DNA of 42,438 bases, from positions 1 to 42,438 of IMG/VR virus record IMGVR_UViG_3300025626_001177. One strand, written 5' to 3'. The stretch is from a virus (taxonomy: Duplodnaviria; Caudoviricetes). Positions 17,146-27,335 of this stretch are shown piece after piece. Made by a program: the position numbers and the translations under genes. Each line of letters begins with the position of its first letter. Positions within the stretch are counted from its first letter, which is position 1. The notes below the pieces were generated by a model that worked only from the letters and a program-made list of their open reading frames with translations, made no database searches and was not told the origin of the DNA.

Positions 17146-17805
17146 TTAAAAAAAGTCGTTTGCGAGTGGAAATATTAAGGAAATTGCTTTTCCACATTGT
17201 ATGGCTAATTCTCTATGTTCTTTTTGAGTCCCATTTGCACTTCTCAATTCAATGTAATGAATCCACGATCTTAGCGTTCCATTGACATACAGACGCGACA
17301 TTGTAAGACCTTCTGGTAAAACTTTTCTCGCTTGTTCCTTTGCAATACCATTCCCAATCGCCCAAAGATATGCTTCTTCAGCCTTATCAATCACCTCTTG
17401 TTGCATTATATTCCATGCAGATTGTAAATCAGCATCATCTGTTTCTATACTATTCTGTCTATTTTTAGTGTCTTGAAGTCTTGCTTCACAAAGTTCAAAC
17501 ATATTGTCACCAAATTCATCAACATTAGCATATCTCTGAGAAAACTCTTGAAATGAGAATGACCTATGCCGCAAGAGTTGTCGGGCAATATCTCTTGTTG
17601 CTTCAATTTCCATTGTAGCAGATACCATTTCTAGCGGTGACCAATGCTTATGCTTGATAAGATATTGTAGAAGTTTTTGGCTAGTAGCACTATTGATTTG
17701 ATTTGAAGGATTTGATACCCTAGCGCAATATGCAACAAACTCTTGCAGATCGCCCAAGGCTGGTGATTCATGTGGTTGTGTGTACGCTTTTAAAACTGCT
17801 TTCAT
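17146..17805 (-). CDS. thyX: FAD-dependent thymidylate synthase
   Basis: HWSPLE and RQLLRHRSFSFQEFSQRY (RHR-x7-S), GTQKEHR. Confidence 0.97.
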   Translation of the reverse strand: MKAVLKAYTQPHESPALGDLQEFVAYCARVSNPSNQINSATSQKLLQYLIKHKHWSPLEMVSATMEIEATRDIARQLLRHRSFSFQEFSQRYANVDEFGDNMFELCEARLQDTKNRQNSIETDDADLQSAWNIMQQEVIDKAEEAYLWAIGNGIAKEQARKVLPEGLTMSRLYVNGTLRSWIHYIELRSANGTQKEHRELAIQCGKAISLIFPLANDFF

Positions 17806-17816
17806 AATGTAGTTCC

Positions 17817-18065
17817 TTAATGTAGTGTTTTTGACTCGTTATCTTCCATAATACGATTATGTTGTAAAAATATATAGTTTAGCATCCCACGATACTCATC
17901 GTCAGTTAACTCCATTCTATAAAGTTTTAAAGAATATGCTTGCATTAGTCCTGCAATTTCAAGATGGCTGTATTCTTCTTCATTTAAATCAGCAACTACT
18001 TTATGAAATTTATCCCATAATTGAGAAATCTTATCTACACTCTCTTGATCTAAAAAATCATCCAT
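17817..18065 (-). CDS. Hypothetical protein
   Basis: ORF with SD GGAG, ends TLH. Confidence 0.6.
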   Translation of the reverse strand: MDDFLDQESVDKISQLWDKFHKVVADLNEEEYSHLEIAGLMQAYSLKLYRMELTDDEYRGMLNYIFLQHNRIMEDNESKTLH

Positions 18066-18128
18066 TTGTAAGATTACTCCATTTTTCTGAGTTAACTATA
18101 TTTATATTCATTTGACTTTTTAATTTCA

Positions 18129-18644
18129 TTATTTTATATACCACCATACATTATCTGGACCTACTTTGTGCTTTGGTGTTGATTGCACAACAGCCATTGC
18201 TACTTGAATAAGATTTATATCATGTCCAGACACCAATCCACCTTTTCTAATTTTTGGAGTCCATAATTCAATATCCCTTTTTACGGAATCCCCATCATGT
18301 GAAGCATCAATAAAAACGTAATCAAGAGAACCATCTTCAAACTGATTGTGTGCAAGATGTGTGAAGTCTCTAATTAATTTTGCCCTACCGTCAAAACCTT
18401 CACAAAATTTAATAAGTTCACCATACCATTCAACAGGTGGTTGCTCACACAATTCCTCTGTAGTTGATATATCTTTTGCTTTCCAAATCTTATCGTTTAA
18501 AAATACATCAACGCCAATATGTGTTGTATTAGAACAATTTACTGTAATGAACTTAAATGTTGGACCTCTCAACACTCCCAATTCTACACCAATCTTATAA
18601 TTATTTGATCTGATTTGATCTGCTAACCAATGCGCTCTATTCAT
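18129..18644 (-). CDS. Class I SAM-dependent methyltransferase (Methyltransf_24-like)
   Basis: VELGVLRG, LDYVFIDASH, GGLVSGHD. Confidence 0.85.
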   Translation of the reverse strand: MNRAHWLADQIRSNNYKIGVELGVLRGPTFKFITVNCSNTTHIGVDVFLNDKIWKAKDISTTEELCEQPPVEWYGELIKFCEGFDGRAKLIRDFTHLAHNQFEDGSLDYVFIDASHDGDSVKRDIELWTPKIRKGGLVSGHDINLIQVAMAVVQSTPKHKVGPDNVWWYIK

Positions 18645-20014
18645 AACTTAAAATCCTTAAATTTTTCTAAATCTTCGCCTTGAGGTGTTTTATCAAATAC
18701 TGGAGTATCATCAATTAAAGTCTGTTGATCTTCACTTACATCAAACAACCTCATTTTAGAACGATCAACACCTATGACAAACCTCTTTTTGTATGTTGGA
18801 TCATTGTATCTATTCTTTAATTGTTTAACTGCAATTTGACCCATTCCTTCAAGTTCTTCGTTGGATATGAGTGCAAACATGAGGTCTGCTGTTGCTGGAA
18901 GGCCGAATGATTCAGAAGTATCTTCCAACCCAATATCGGAATTTGAAAAACCTGATCTTGTGGTTTGTGTTGCTGAGACAATCGGTACGTTAAATTCAAC
19001 TGCGAGTCCTCGCATTTCTTCTGCGATTGCTTTGATATAGGTGTACGAATTTATTGATCCCCCCATAGCCTTCATTCTGCTACTAGCACAAATATTTAGA
19101 TAATCTATAAAAATAATATCTGGTTCAAATGATTTTTTTAATTTGAGTTCACTTAGCAAACTTCTAAAATGAGCGACATTTGCTTGACCAGTAGGGTATT
19201 CTTTAATAATGAATTTACCATTAGTTCTCTTTGAAATATTAGCAACTCTCTCAGAAAAGTTTTCTTTGCTCAAAGTATTAATTTGATCAATAGGAATGTT
19301 TAAAAGATTTGCGTCAATTCTCTCAGCAATTCTTTCCTCTGCCATTTCCATCGTGATATATAAAACATTTTTACCGTCTGAAAGTGCTGCTGCTGATTGG
19401 TGACACATGAAAAGAGATTTACCTACACCAGTACCAGCCAAGATAATATTTAATGTTTTCTTAGGTAAACCGCCCTTGGTTATCATATTAAAATATTCTA
19501 AATCAAACGCTAATCGTTCTTCAGTACGATGATAAAATTCATAGCGTTCTTCAAAATTTCCAAGATAGTCGTGACCAACATTTGTATCAAATGAAACACC
19601 CAATGCAGTGCTTAGAATATCAGGTAAAGCATTTTTAGAAAGTGTTTCATGCTTTCCATCAATGATACTAATTGATTCCATCACTGCATTGAATAATGCG
19701 CGGTCTTGACACCACTTCTCAGTAACCTCTAAAAGATGTTCTTCATCTGAGGGTGTTCCATCAAAGATTTGTGGAATAATCTCCATAGCATGTCTATATT
19801 GCTCATCAGTATAACGATCTGATTCATCAATCTCAATTCTAAACGCTTCTTGAGTGGGCAATCTATTGTATTTACCAGCATATACGCCAACATTGGTAAA
19901 CATTTGCCGATACACACCCTCAAAATACTCTGGTTTGATGAAAGGTAAAACCTTACGCATATACTTTTCATCAGAGATTAAGTTTTTTAGAATTATTTGT
20001 TCAATATTAGACAA
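18641..20014 (-). CDS. 41: Replicative DNA helicase gp41
   Basis: AGTGVGKS Walker A, ITMEMAEERIAERIDAN, IDYLNIC, SESFGLPATAD; TTG start. Confidence 0.97.
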   Translation of the reverse strand: MSNIEQIILKNLISDEKYMRKVLPFIKPEYFEGVYRQMFTNVGVYAGKYNRLPTQEAFRIEIDESDRYTDEQYRHAMEIIPQIFDGTPSDEEHLLEVTEKWCQDRALFNAVMESISIIDGKHETLSKNALPDILSTALGVSFDTNVGHDYLGNFEERYEFYHRTEERLAFDLEYFNMITKGGLPKKTLNIILAGTGVGKSLFMCHQSAAALSDGKNVLYITMEMAEERIAERIDANLLNIPIDQINTLSKENFSERVANISKRTNGKFIIKEYPTGQANVAHFRSLLSELKLKKSFEPDIIFIDYLNICASSRMKAMGGSINSYTYIKAIAEEMRGLAVEFNVPIVSATQTTRSGFSNSDIGLEDTSESFGLPATADLMFALISNEELEGMGQIAVKQLKNRYNDPTYKKRFVIGVDRSKMRLFDVSEDQQTLIDDTPVFDKTPQGEDLEKFKDFKL

Positions 20015-20317
20015 TTAAAGTTCCTTCATTTCACCTGTTTTATTAATTATAGCAGTTTCTATGATAGAAGTCAATAGATTACCAGCAAAGTCTTGGAACT
20101 CTAAACTACCCTCATCAAGATCATCTATTGGTGAACTCTCTAGCGTGAAGTCAAATGTCATTTGACTATCCTCATTATCTTTACCATCAAGTGTGATTGT
20201 TCCAAAAGAAATTATTGTTTCAGAGTACACACCTTCTAAAACTCTAATGGACCATGCTTTATCATCTCTAGGATGTGGAATATGTTCATAGTCTACACCT
20301 TCTTTAAATTCTGGCAT
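20015..20317 (-). CDS. Acidic protein at the T4 gene 40 position (possible head vertex assembly chaperone)
   Basis: Lies between uvsX and 41, similar size; sequence match not verifiable by eye. Confidence 0.5.
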   Translation of the reverse strand: MPEFKEGVDYEHIPHPRDDKAWSIRVLEGVYSETIISFGTITLDGKDNEDSQMTFDFTLESSPIDDLDEGSLEFQDFAGNLLTSIIETAIINKTGEMKEL

Positions 20318-21372
20318 TATTCACCCTCATTCATTATAACTTCATCCATATCAATTTCTGTCTGATACCCAATAGTATACTGCTTTTTAATAAATTCAGC
20401 AAAGTCTGTACTATCAAATATAGGCTTCCAAAAACTTTCTTCAAGAGTACCAGCCTCACGAACTTTCTTCTCAGATACTTCACCAGTATTCATATCAACT
20501 GAACTATACCAACCGTTACTTGGTTTGACAACATACCCACCAGCAAGAGCAACTTCTAGTAATCCAGACCAAGGCGCAACGCCACCTTCCCAAGAAACCG
20601 TGATGGGAATTTTGGACTTTTCCTTAACGAACCTAGATTTTTCAACATTGATAACAAAATCATATCCTTGAATTTCGGTTCCCTTTTTATTCTGTCTGCG
20701 ACCAAGAATCCAAATGTTGTTTGCACTGTAATAGATTCCAGTTCCACCAGACACAATATCTTTTGGAAATAACCCAATCTCTTTGTATGTATGATTGACT
20801 GCAATCATGGGAATGTTCTTCATTGCCAAATATGGCGTACACATTCTGAATAGACCTTTGAGTGCCTTTGCTCTTGACATATCTGCTACAGACTTTTCGT
20901 TGATTGCATCTTCCATTTCTTTCTTAGATGCAAGATTACCAATTGAATCAATAACCACGATAACACGGTCAGACTTATCCATTCCCTCAAGTTGAGCGAT
21001 AAGATCAAATTTCAATTCTTCTACGTTTGTAATTGGTGTGTGTAGAACCCTTGCGGTATCAATATCAAACTGTTCAAAGTATGATGCAGGTGATCCAAAT
21101 TCTGAGTCATAAAATAACATTACAGCATCTTCATACTTCTTCAAGTAGGCCGCTGCAATCAACAACGTAAATGAAGTTTTAAAGTGCTTAGATGGCCCAG
21201 CCAATACAGTCAAGCCAGGAGTAAGACCACCATCTATTGATCCAGATAATGCTACATTCATCATTGGAACTGGTGTTGAAACCTGTTCTTTATTATTAAA
21301 AAATTTAGACTCTGAAAGAACTTCTGTGGTCTTTAGTTTTGAATTCTTTTTGAGTTTGTCCATTATTGACAT
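20317..21372 (-). CDS. uvsX: RecA-like recombinase UvsX
   Basis: AGPSKHFKT, YDSEFG, IDSIGNLASKKE, VADMSRAK. Confidence 0.97.
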   Translation of the reverse strand: MSIMDKLKKNSKLKTTEVLSESKFFNNKEQVSTPVPMMNVALSGSIDGGLTPGLTVLAGPSKHFKTSFTLLIAAAYLKKYEDAVMLFYDSEFGSPASYFEQFDIDTARVLHTPITNVEELKFDLIAQLEGMDKSDRVIVVIDSIGNLASKKEMEDAINEKSVADMSRAKALKGLFRMCTPYLAMKNIPMIAVNHTYKEIGLFPKDIVSGGTGIYYSANNIWILGRRQNKKGTEIQGYDFVINVEKSRFVKEKSKIPITVSWEGGVAPWSGLLEVALAGGYVVKPSNGWYSSVDMNTGEVSEKKVREAGTLEESFWKPIFDSTDFAEFIKKQYTIGYQTEIDMDEVIMNEGE

Positions 21373-21394
21373 ATAATTCTCCTATATTAATTAC

Positions 21395-21426
21395 ATCATT
21401 ATAGCATATTCTATAATGATTGTCTA
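21395..21426 (-). promoter_or_regulatory. uvsX promoter with perfect 10-bp inverted repeat
   Basis: TAGACA-17-TATAAT; ATCATTATAG-catatt-CTATAATGAT. Confidence 0.75.
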
Positions 21427-22608
21427 GTCAAAAAATTCGCTTAGTGGGTTTGTTTCATCAATTCGTTCTTGACAGATTTTGAAATATTCTTCTGATTTCT
21501 CAATACCAATAAAGTCAAAACCCAAATCTTTTGCTGCCATACCAGTAGAGCCAGAACCCATAAATGGATCAAGTACAGTACCACCTTTGGGCGTGACAAG
21601 TCTCACTAAGTATTTCATCAACTCTTGTGGTTTGACTGTTGGATGTTTGTTATTTTCCCCACGTTCTTTTTTTGATACTTTTGGGCAATAGAAGAAACGC
21701 GCCCAATCTTGCTGTAGTCCATCGTGCATTATATTTGCTGGGAAGCGTCCAGTGGGTTGTTTAAATTCCCCGCACCCATGAGTAAACCCAGAACCCTTGC
21801 CAGACTTTCTATCCTCATTTTGCCATTGGCTAGACTCGTCCTTCCCTCGCTTCTCTCCGCTATATGTCCCACCATTTAGGTTGTCATTAGTCTCCACCCG
21901 ACTAGCATCAATATTGATAGCACCAGTTCCATGTTTCAACACATTCTTAGCAACAGTACTTTCGGATATTGGTTTTCGCCCGACTGCAATCGGTTCGTGC
22001 GCTGGTTTTAGGGCTGTTCCCCAACCATCCCATTGCTTGGCTGCTTCGGTGGCGGGTGCTGTGATGACCGCTTCAGTTTGCGCTTGCCTTGGTTTGTCAT
22101 AACTTGGCATCTTGTCGCTGGTTGTGTTTTTATTTGCTCTAGCCCTTGCTGCATGGTCTATCCCCACCACCTCACGCTCTGCCCCTGCCGCCTTGTCAAT
22201 CGCCTTGCTGATATTCATACTCTTTGGAAATCCAGAACCATACAACCACATCATTTGATCACGAATCTCAAACCCAGCATCTTCTATTGCAACCGCCATT
22301 CTATGATAATTGCGTGAAGCCGAAAATGCAAGTAAGTGTCCACCCGGCTTCAATAATTCCCAAGCAAGTCTCCAAGTCTCAGCACGAAATGCAATATCGC
22401 CACCGTCCCACTCTTGACCCATGAAACCAGAAGATGCTCTTGCAAATGCACCATCAGTACCTTGTTTTGCTGGTGCAGAACCTTCTTTTCCAAATCTGTC
22501 CACGATAGATTGTAGGTGATATGGTGGGTCTGTAACTACCGCATCAACTTGAACGCCTTGGTCAATTAATTTCTGCATTTCTTCAATACAGTCACCGCTA
22601 ATAATCAT
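21424..22608 (-). CDS. DNA N6-adenine/N4-cytosine methyltransferase (beta class)
   Basis: VTDPPY, HPTVKP, LDPFMGSGST. Confidence 0.92.
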   Translation of the reverse strand: MIISGDCIEEMQKLIDQGVQVDAVVTDPPYHLQSIVDRFGKEGSAPAKQGTDGAFARASSGFMGQEWDGGDIAFRAETWRLAWELLKPGGHLLAFSASRNYHRMAVAIEDAGFEIRDQMMWLYGSGFPKSMNISKAIDKAAGAEREVVGIDHAARARANKNTTSDKMPSYDKPRQAQTEAVITAPATEAAKQWDGWGTALKPAHEPIAVGRKPISESTVAKNVLKHGTGAINIDASRVETNDNLNGGTYSGEKRGKDESSQWQNEDRKSGKGSGFTHGCGEFKQPTGRFPANIMHDGLQQDWARFFYCPKVSKKERGENNKHPTVKPQELMKYLVRLVTPKGGTVLDPFMGSGSTGMAAKDLGFDFIGIEKSEEYFKICQERIDETNPLSEFFD

Positions 22609-23033
22609 ATATTTTTCACTCGCTTTCTTAAATCACTAGATGAAAATCTGTGGTCTCTTTTGTTATAGTATATCTCTATGCCACGCTTTGAACAAATAGC
22701 GCGACCAGTAAACTTACCGTTTTTATATTCCTCACCTATAATTCTTATGTTTATAGGAAACATGGATAATATATCCTCTAAGTCTTGCTCTGTTTGATAT
22801 GGAATAATTTCATCAACATATTTTACGGCTGCAAGTTGGGTATGTCGCTCAACTAATGTCTGTACTGGTGTATTCTTCTCTGGTCTATCCAAAGATGGAT
22901 CAACTTGCAATGCACATATTAAATAATCGCATTGTGATTTTGCTTCACGCAACATAGCGATATGACCAGCATGTAGAAAATCAAAAGTTGATGCAGTTAT
23001 ACCGACTTTAGTAGTTCCCAAGTTTCTCTCCAA
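22605..23033 (-). CDS. Cytidylyltransferase (TagD/RfaE-like, HxGH family)
   Basis: STFDFLHAGH, VDEIIPY, RFSSSDLR. Confidence 0.88.
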   Translation of the reverse strand: MERNLGTTKVGITASTFDFLHAGHIAMLREAKSQCDYLICALQVDPSLDRPEKNTPVQTLVERHTQLAAVKYVDEIIPYQTEQDLEDILSMFPINIRIIGEEYKNGKFTGRAICSKRGIEIYYNKRDHRFSSSDLRKRVKNI

Positions 23034-23701
23034 TCTTGCACTTGATATACTGAGTTTGGTTCGCCAAGATCATACACTCCCATTGCTATAGTATGATCAT
23101 TACCACCGAAATCACATTTATCTCCATAAAAATGTATTATATCAGATTTAGTGAAGTCTGTCAATATCTGAGATTTATCATTACCTTTTATTGTAATATC
23201 TATTCCAGTTTCACCCGCGACATTAAAATCAAATTCTGTAAATTTTTCTGACAATCGTTTCGCGATATTTTTTCTTTCATTTGTATGATTATCCCAAGCC
23301 ACATATTGAGTTCTAGCACGTTTTCCAGCATTTCTACCCACGATAGATAAATTTACAAGACCCGTTCTTTCTTCAATATGACCGCCAGTTCTAACAGGAA
23401 ATTCGCTTTCACATATCTCTTTATTCAGATATCCCCACATTGTATCAGGTAGTTTTATTGTACCTTTGTGAACATTTTTGCCCCTTTCCCACACATCATT
23501 TCCAGAGCAATTATAGACACGTTTACACATACCGTATATAACATTACCAACTTGTTCAATTGTTTTTTCTTTATCACTACCAGTGACAAGATATACATTA
23601 TTTAATGTGCAGAAGTCAAAGAAGAATGAACTGAATTTTTCATCCATCTTGGCCCTACTTGGCGTAAGTGTTCCATCAACATCAAATATATAGTGAATCA
23701 T
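22997..23701 (-). CDS. HAD IIB phosphomannomutase (eukaryote-type PMM-like)
   Basis: FDVDGTLTPSR, LVTGSD, HIEER..VN.SIVGRNA, FYGDK..GGND. Confidence 0.85.
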   Translation of the reverse strand: MIHYIFDVDGTLTPSRAKMDEKFSSFFFDFCTLNNVYLVTGSDKEKTIEQVGNVIYGMCKRVYNCSGNDVWERGKNVHKGTIKLPDTMWGYLNKEICESEFPVRTGGHIEERTGLVNLSIVGRNAGKRARTQYVAWDNHTNERKNIAKRLSEKFTEFDFNVAGETGIDITIKGNDKSQILTDFTKSDIIHFYGDKCDFGGNDHTIAMGVYDLGEPNSVYQVQDWRETWELLKSV

Positions 23702-24915
23702 ATTTTATTGCCTATTAAATCCTCAAGAGTTTTTAATACTTCTTGACTCTTATCTTCCATATTATTTTCTATACACATTTTAACACATTTTCGTGTAAAG
23801 TCAAGAGAAAAACGCTTTCCATCCTTATCCATTCCAGTGTTAATCAAATACACATTACAATTATTTTCATGAATTTTTCGCATTAATAAGTCACTGTATT
23901 CTTTCACTGGCCTTGGCATAAAGGGTGATCCATAACATGGACTAAAGAGTGGCTTAATCTCAGTTGCGCCCTTCTCAGTTCCTGGCATCTGACTTGTATA
24001 TCCAGTTTCAAAAAATCTACGAACTGTCTCGCCACTAATCTTGCTGTATGGTGGAAATACACCCTTTGCATCCATAGTTAAGAAAAATATATTATCTGGA
24101 TGATCAAATTTCTGAGGCTTATGATATGCGTTTTCAACACAAGTGATAGGGTAACTCAATCTTGCATTTGGTACACCTGGATTTTCTACAACTAAGCAAT
24201 CTTCTGCCTTCGCTTTTTCAACAGCGTCAAAAATAGTCTTATGTGTTTCTGGAGATAACCCCTCACTCTTAGCATAACATCCAGTTTCAATCATTTTAAT
24301 GCCATGCATATCCCAATAAACTTCATCGTCGCTAATCAACGCATAATTTGGATCACTACTCAATGTAGTTTTACCTGTACCACTCAAACCAAACATTAAA
24401 TTAGTAGTTGCATCATATGTAAAGGCACTACAATGCATAGGAAGATAATCTAGTTTAGGAAGTTCAAATCCAATGATACCAAACACACCTTTCTTAATCT
24501 CACCAAGAAAGGTGGTTCCAGCAATAAACATGGTTTTAGTATCAAGGTTTACATAGATTTTAGGATGCGGCACATCTAATTCAGTGTTGTGCCAAATTGT
24601 CCAATCTGGAACATGATCCCCAAATCCATTAGGTAGTACATCAAACATATTTTTTACAAATTGTTCATGACGTTCATCATTGGTATATACTTGAAATCTA
24701 ATATTTGCAGATTCAAATCGTAAAGGTTTTTTGTAAATATATCCTGTTATCATGCTAGGAAGCATTTGATCTGCAAACAAAAGATAGTCATCCATATTAC
24801 CAATCTTGCAATATTTTGGTCTTTCCTTACATAATTCTGAAGTTGCTTCTCCAAAAAAGTATTTGTTCTCTGGACTGCGACCCGTTGGTTCTGTTGTAAT
24901 GTTGATATTAGTCAT
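23698..24915 (-). CDS. pckA: Compact ATP-dependent phosphoenolpyruvate carboxykinase
   Basis: TGRSP, GEIKKG, PMHCSA, FGLSGTGKTTLS, SDDE, GCYAK, FSPCYGSPF. Confidence 0.93.
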   Translation of the reverse strand: MTNINITTEPTGRSPENKYFFGEATSELCKERPKYCKIGNMDDYLLFADQMLPSMITGYIYKKPLRFESANIRFQVYTNDERHEQFVKNMFDVLPNGFGDHVPDWTIWHNTELDVPHPKIYVNLDTKTMFIAGTTFLGEIKKGVFGIIGFELPKLDYLPMHCSAFTYDATTNLMFGLSGTGKTTLSSDPNYALISDDEVYWDMHGIKMIETGCYAKSEGLSPETHKTIFDAVEKAKAEDCLVVENPGVPNARLSYPITCVENAYHKPQKFDHPDNIFFLTMDAKGVFPPYSKISGETVRRFFETGYTSQMPGTEKGATEIKPLFSPCYGSPFMPRPVKEYSDLLMRKIHENNCNVYLINTGMDKDGKRFSLDFTRKCVKMCIENNMEDKSQEVLKTLEDLIGNKI

Positions 24916-25120
24916 TTTCTAATCCTTTATTTTTAATATGTTCTAATTCAACAGGTTCATGTAGTGCATTTTGTCCTTGAGCATATACTAAACCTGTAGC
25001 ATTACCTAAAGTCCCTCGCCTTTGATATAATACAGGTCTTGCTTCTAACTTTTCTATACGTCTTTGTAAATCTGCAATCTGCTTTTCAATATTAACACCA
25101 GCATCAGCATATGCGTTCAT
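24908..25120 (-). CDS. Small hypothetical protein with PurM-like N-terminal peptide
   Basis: SD AAGGA; YADAGVNIE resembles PurM YKDAGVDI. Confidence 0.55.
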   Translation of the reverse strand: MNAYADAGVNIEKQIADLQRRIEKLEARPVLYQRRGTLGNATGLVYAQGQNALHEPVELEHIKNKGLEND

Positions 25121-25131
25121 TTTAATATCCT

Positions 25132-25482
25132 TTATAAAGCAGCATAACCAACTGTTTCTCTCACAATATCATTATGGTTAAATTCTGCCCAATATAACTC
25201 ATATGCAATACCAGATTGAATACACTCAAACTGATGAAAAACTCCGGGTTTTACTTTGGTATAATCTCCTGGCCCTAAAATAGTTTCGTCAACTAAATCA
25301 TAATCCTCAGACCAAACCTTTATTTTCATCATACCTTCTTCAACATAAAATCCATTCCATTTAAATTCATGCATATGTTTGGAACAAACACCACCTTCTT
25401 TCATTTGAATTCTATGAAATTCTAATGCACCATTTGCTTCAATCAATTCTGTTTGACCCCATACCTTACCAGCGATTGTCAT
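25132..25482 (-). CDS. Cupin-domain protein (sugar isomerase-like)
   Basis: KVWG, CSKHMH..K.N.FYV, PGVFHQF. Confidence 0.8.
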   Translation of the reverse strand: MTIAGKVWGQTELIEANGALEFHRIQMKEGGVCSKHMHEFKWNGFYVEEGMMKIKVWSEDYDLVDETILGPGDYTKVKPGVFHQFECIQSGIAYELYWAEFNHNDIVRETVGYAAL

Positions 25483-26282
25483 ACTTTACTCCATTTGCTT
25501 GCTTCATATATCATATCTATGTTTGATTTAATTCTTTCATTAAACTCTTCATCTGTTTGTGAATGGAATAGACCTTCACTCAAACCTCTACTGAAACTTG
25601 CACTCATATGTGGTGAACGAGACAATCTGGCACATGCTTCCTCAGTTGAATACCCCCCACTTAGACCAACAATCTTTTCAACTGAATTGTATTCATACAA
25701 ATTATTGTACGTTTCTGAAATATCAGGTATGGTAAGTTTAAGAATAAGTTGTCCAGGAAAATCTCTACAACGATTCATCAATTCATCATTTAGATGTTTT
25801 TCAATGATTGATTTATTAAAAGCATCAATAGGAACTTCTGGTTCTACTATTGGCGTGAGGCCAGCGTTTGAAATTCTCCATGCTAACTCAAATTGTTGAT
25901 CAAGAAGTTTTGGAACATCATACATATCCTTAACGATACTTCTCATTTTGGTTCCCACACAACCAGACCCTAAAGCAAAACGTATCATTGAATCAATATC
26001 AAATACCTTCAAGAAACCATTTGCTTCACATCCACTATCAACCTTCAGAATAGCATGGATACCTTTATTTGCAAGAACAGCCACCATATCCTTTTCAACA
26101 GAATCTTTGTAAAGAATTGCATGACTAATCTTATCACTTGTAAAGTTTTCGTTCAATACCATACGCAACCGCATACGGTGAACTAAATCCATTTTATTAT
26201 CTTCAGTATATTCTTGACCATATCGCTCTAATACGCCGCCAGTGCTACCACCAGAATGATCCATTGCTGCTATAAATGTCAT
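25479..26282 (-). CDS. fba: Class I fructose-bisphosphate aldolase
   Basis: FIAAMDHSGGST, LKVDSG, GTKMRS, PIVEPEV, Schiff-base LKLTIP, LSGGY, ASFSR. Confidence 0.93.
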   Translation of the reverse strand: MTFIAAMDHSGGSTGGVLERYGQEYTEDNKMDLVHRMRLRMVLNENFTSDKISHAILYKDSVEKDMVAVLANKGIHAILKVDSGCEANGFLKVFDIDSMIRFALGSGCVGTKMRSIVKDMYDVPKLLDQQFELAWRISNAGLTPIVEPEVPIDAFNKSIIEKHLNDELMNRCRDFPGQLILKLTIPDISETYNNLYEYNSVEKIVGLSGGYSTEEACARLSRSPHMSASFSRGLSEGLFHSQTDEEFNERIKSNIDMIYEASKWSKV

Positions 26283-26324
26283 GCATTTCTCCTATATTAT
26301 AAATCTTTTTTAAATTATCTTAAA

Positions 26325-26367
26325 CCTATGTATTCGTGTGAATAGCCTATGATTCGTGTGGTGTCAA
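26325..26367 (-). promoter_or_regulatory. Promoter of the aldolase-PEPCK operon with GANTC in the spacer and a direct repeat
   Basis: TTGACA 26367-26362; TGATTCG 26350-26356; CCTATG(T)ATTCGTGTG occurs twice. Confidence 0.65.
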
Positions 26368-26372
26368 CAGGT

Positions 26373-27335
26373 TTATATAAAAAAATCTTCTAAAGTTGTA
26401 GGTTTTTCGTACTGTGGAACTAAAGTACCGTCTGTTACTTGACGATCAAAATTCATAATATGATCACCAAGCCACTTAACAACAGGAACTGTCATTCCAT
26501 TCAGCATGTACAATTGCATATTAGATAGATCACAACCATCAAAAAAGTCAGTAGGGTAACCCTGTAGGGCTAAACGCTCATTAACAGCCAACTTACGCAG
26601 ACCACCACTGTCTAGTACCAGATCAGTAAAGTCTTTGTAATCACGTTTCAAGATAGTAGATGCTACTCCTTTTTCGCCAAACTGGTCACTTCTTTGTCTA
26701 GTAAAGAAGGCAAATGGATATCCGCCTTTGCATCCCTGTTCAAAATTCCAAGGGCGGCTTTTTTGGATATGTAAAGTTTTGGATTGGATTGCTTTGTCAC
26801 TGCGCCCGACAAATCCGAATATATCGGCTCCTTCGGGGATTCCATCACGGACTGCCAGAATGTAAACTCTACGTCTTCGCTGTGGGACTCCAAAGTATTG
26901 GCTGTCGCACATCGTCCAAGTCGCATCGTACCCGATTTCGGCAAGGTCTTGCAGAATGACATTAAGTCCTCTTGAAAGCAATGCGCTGACGTTTTCAATA
27001 ACTGCATATTTTGGTTTTGTTTCATCAATTAATCTCCTAAATTCACGCCAAAGGCCAGAACGTTCGCCTTCAATGATACCTTTGTTTTTACCGCCTATAG
27101 ATATGTCTTGACACGGAAACCCACCACAGATCAAATCAAAGTCAACCCCATCACGTTTAAGGTCTTCGCCAGTTACTGTTGTGACGTCACCATATATGGG
27201 AACCCCTTGCCAATTCTTTTTCAAAACACGTTTGGCGTATTCTTCGTATTCACAAAACGCAACAGTCTCCATGCCAGATTGTTCAAACCCTAGACTGTAG
27301 CCACCACTTCCACTGAATATATCGAATACCTTCAT
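26373..27335 (-). CDS. C5-cytosine DNA methyltransferase with atypical motif X
   Basis: DIFSGSGG, GGFPCQ, IENV, PQRRRRVY; motif X reads LYMLNGMTVPVV instead of the usual xGN(S/A). Confidence 0.9.
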   Translation of the reverse strand: MKVFDIFSGSGGYSLGFEQSGMETVAFCEYEEYAKRVLKKNWQGVPIYGDVTTVTGEDLKRDGVDFDLICGGFPCQDISIGGKNKGIIEGERSGLWREFRRLIDETKPKYAVIENVSALLSRGLNVILQDLAEIGYDATWTMCDSQYFGVPQRRRRVYILAVRDGIPEGADIFGFVGRSDKAIQSKTLHIQKSRPWNFEQGCKGGYPFAFFTRQRSDQFGEKGVASTILKRDYKDFTDLVLDSGGLRKLAVNERLALQGYPTDFFDGCDLSNMQLYMLNGMTVPVVKWLGDHIMNFDRQVTDGTLVPQYEKPTTLEDFFI

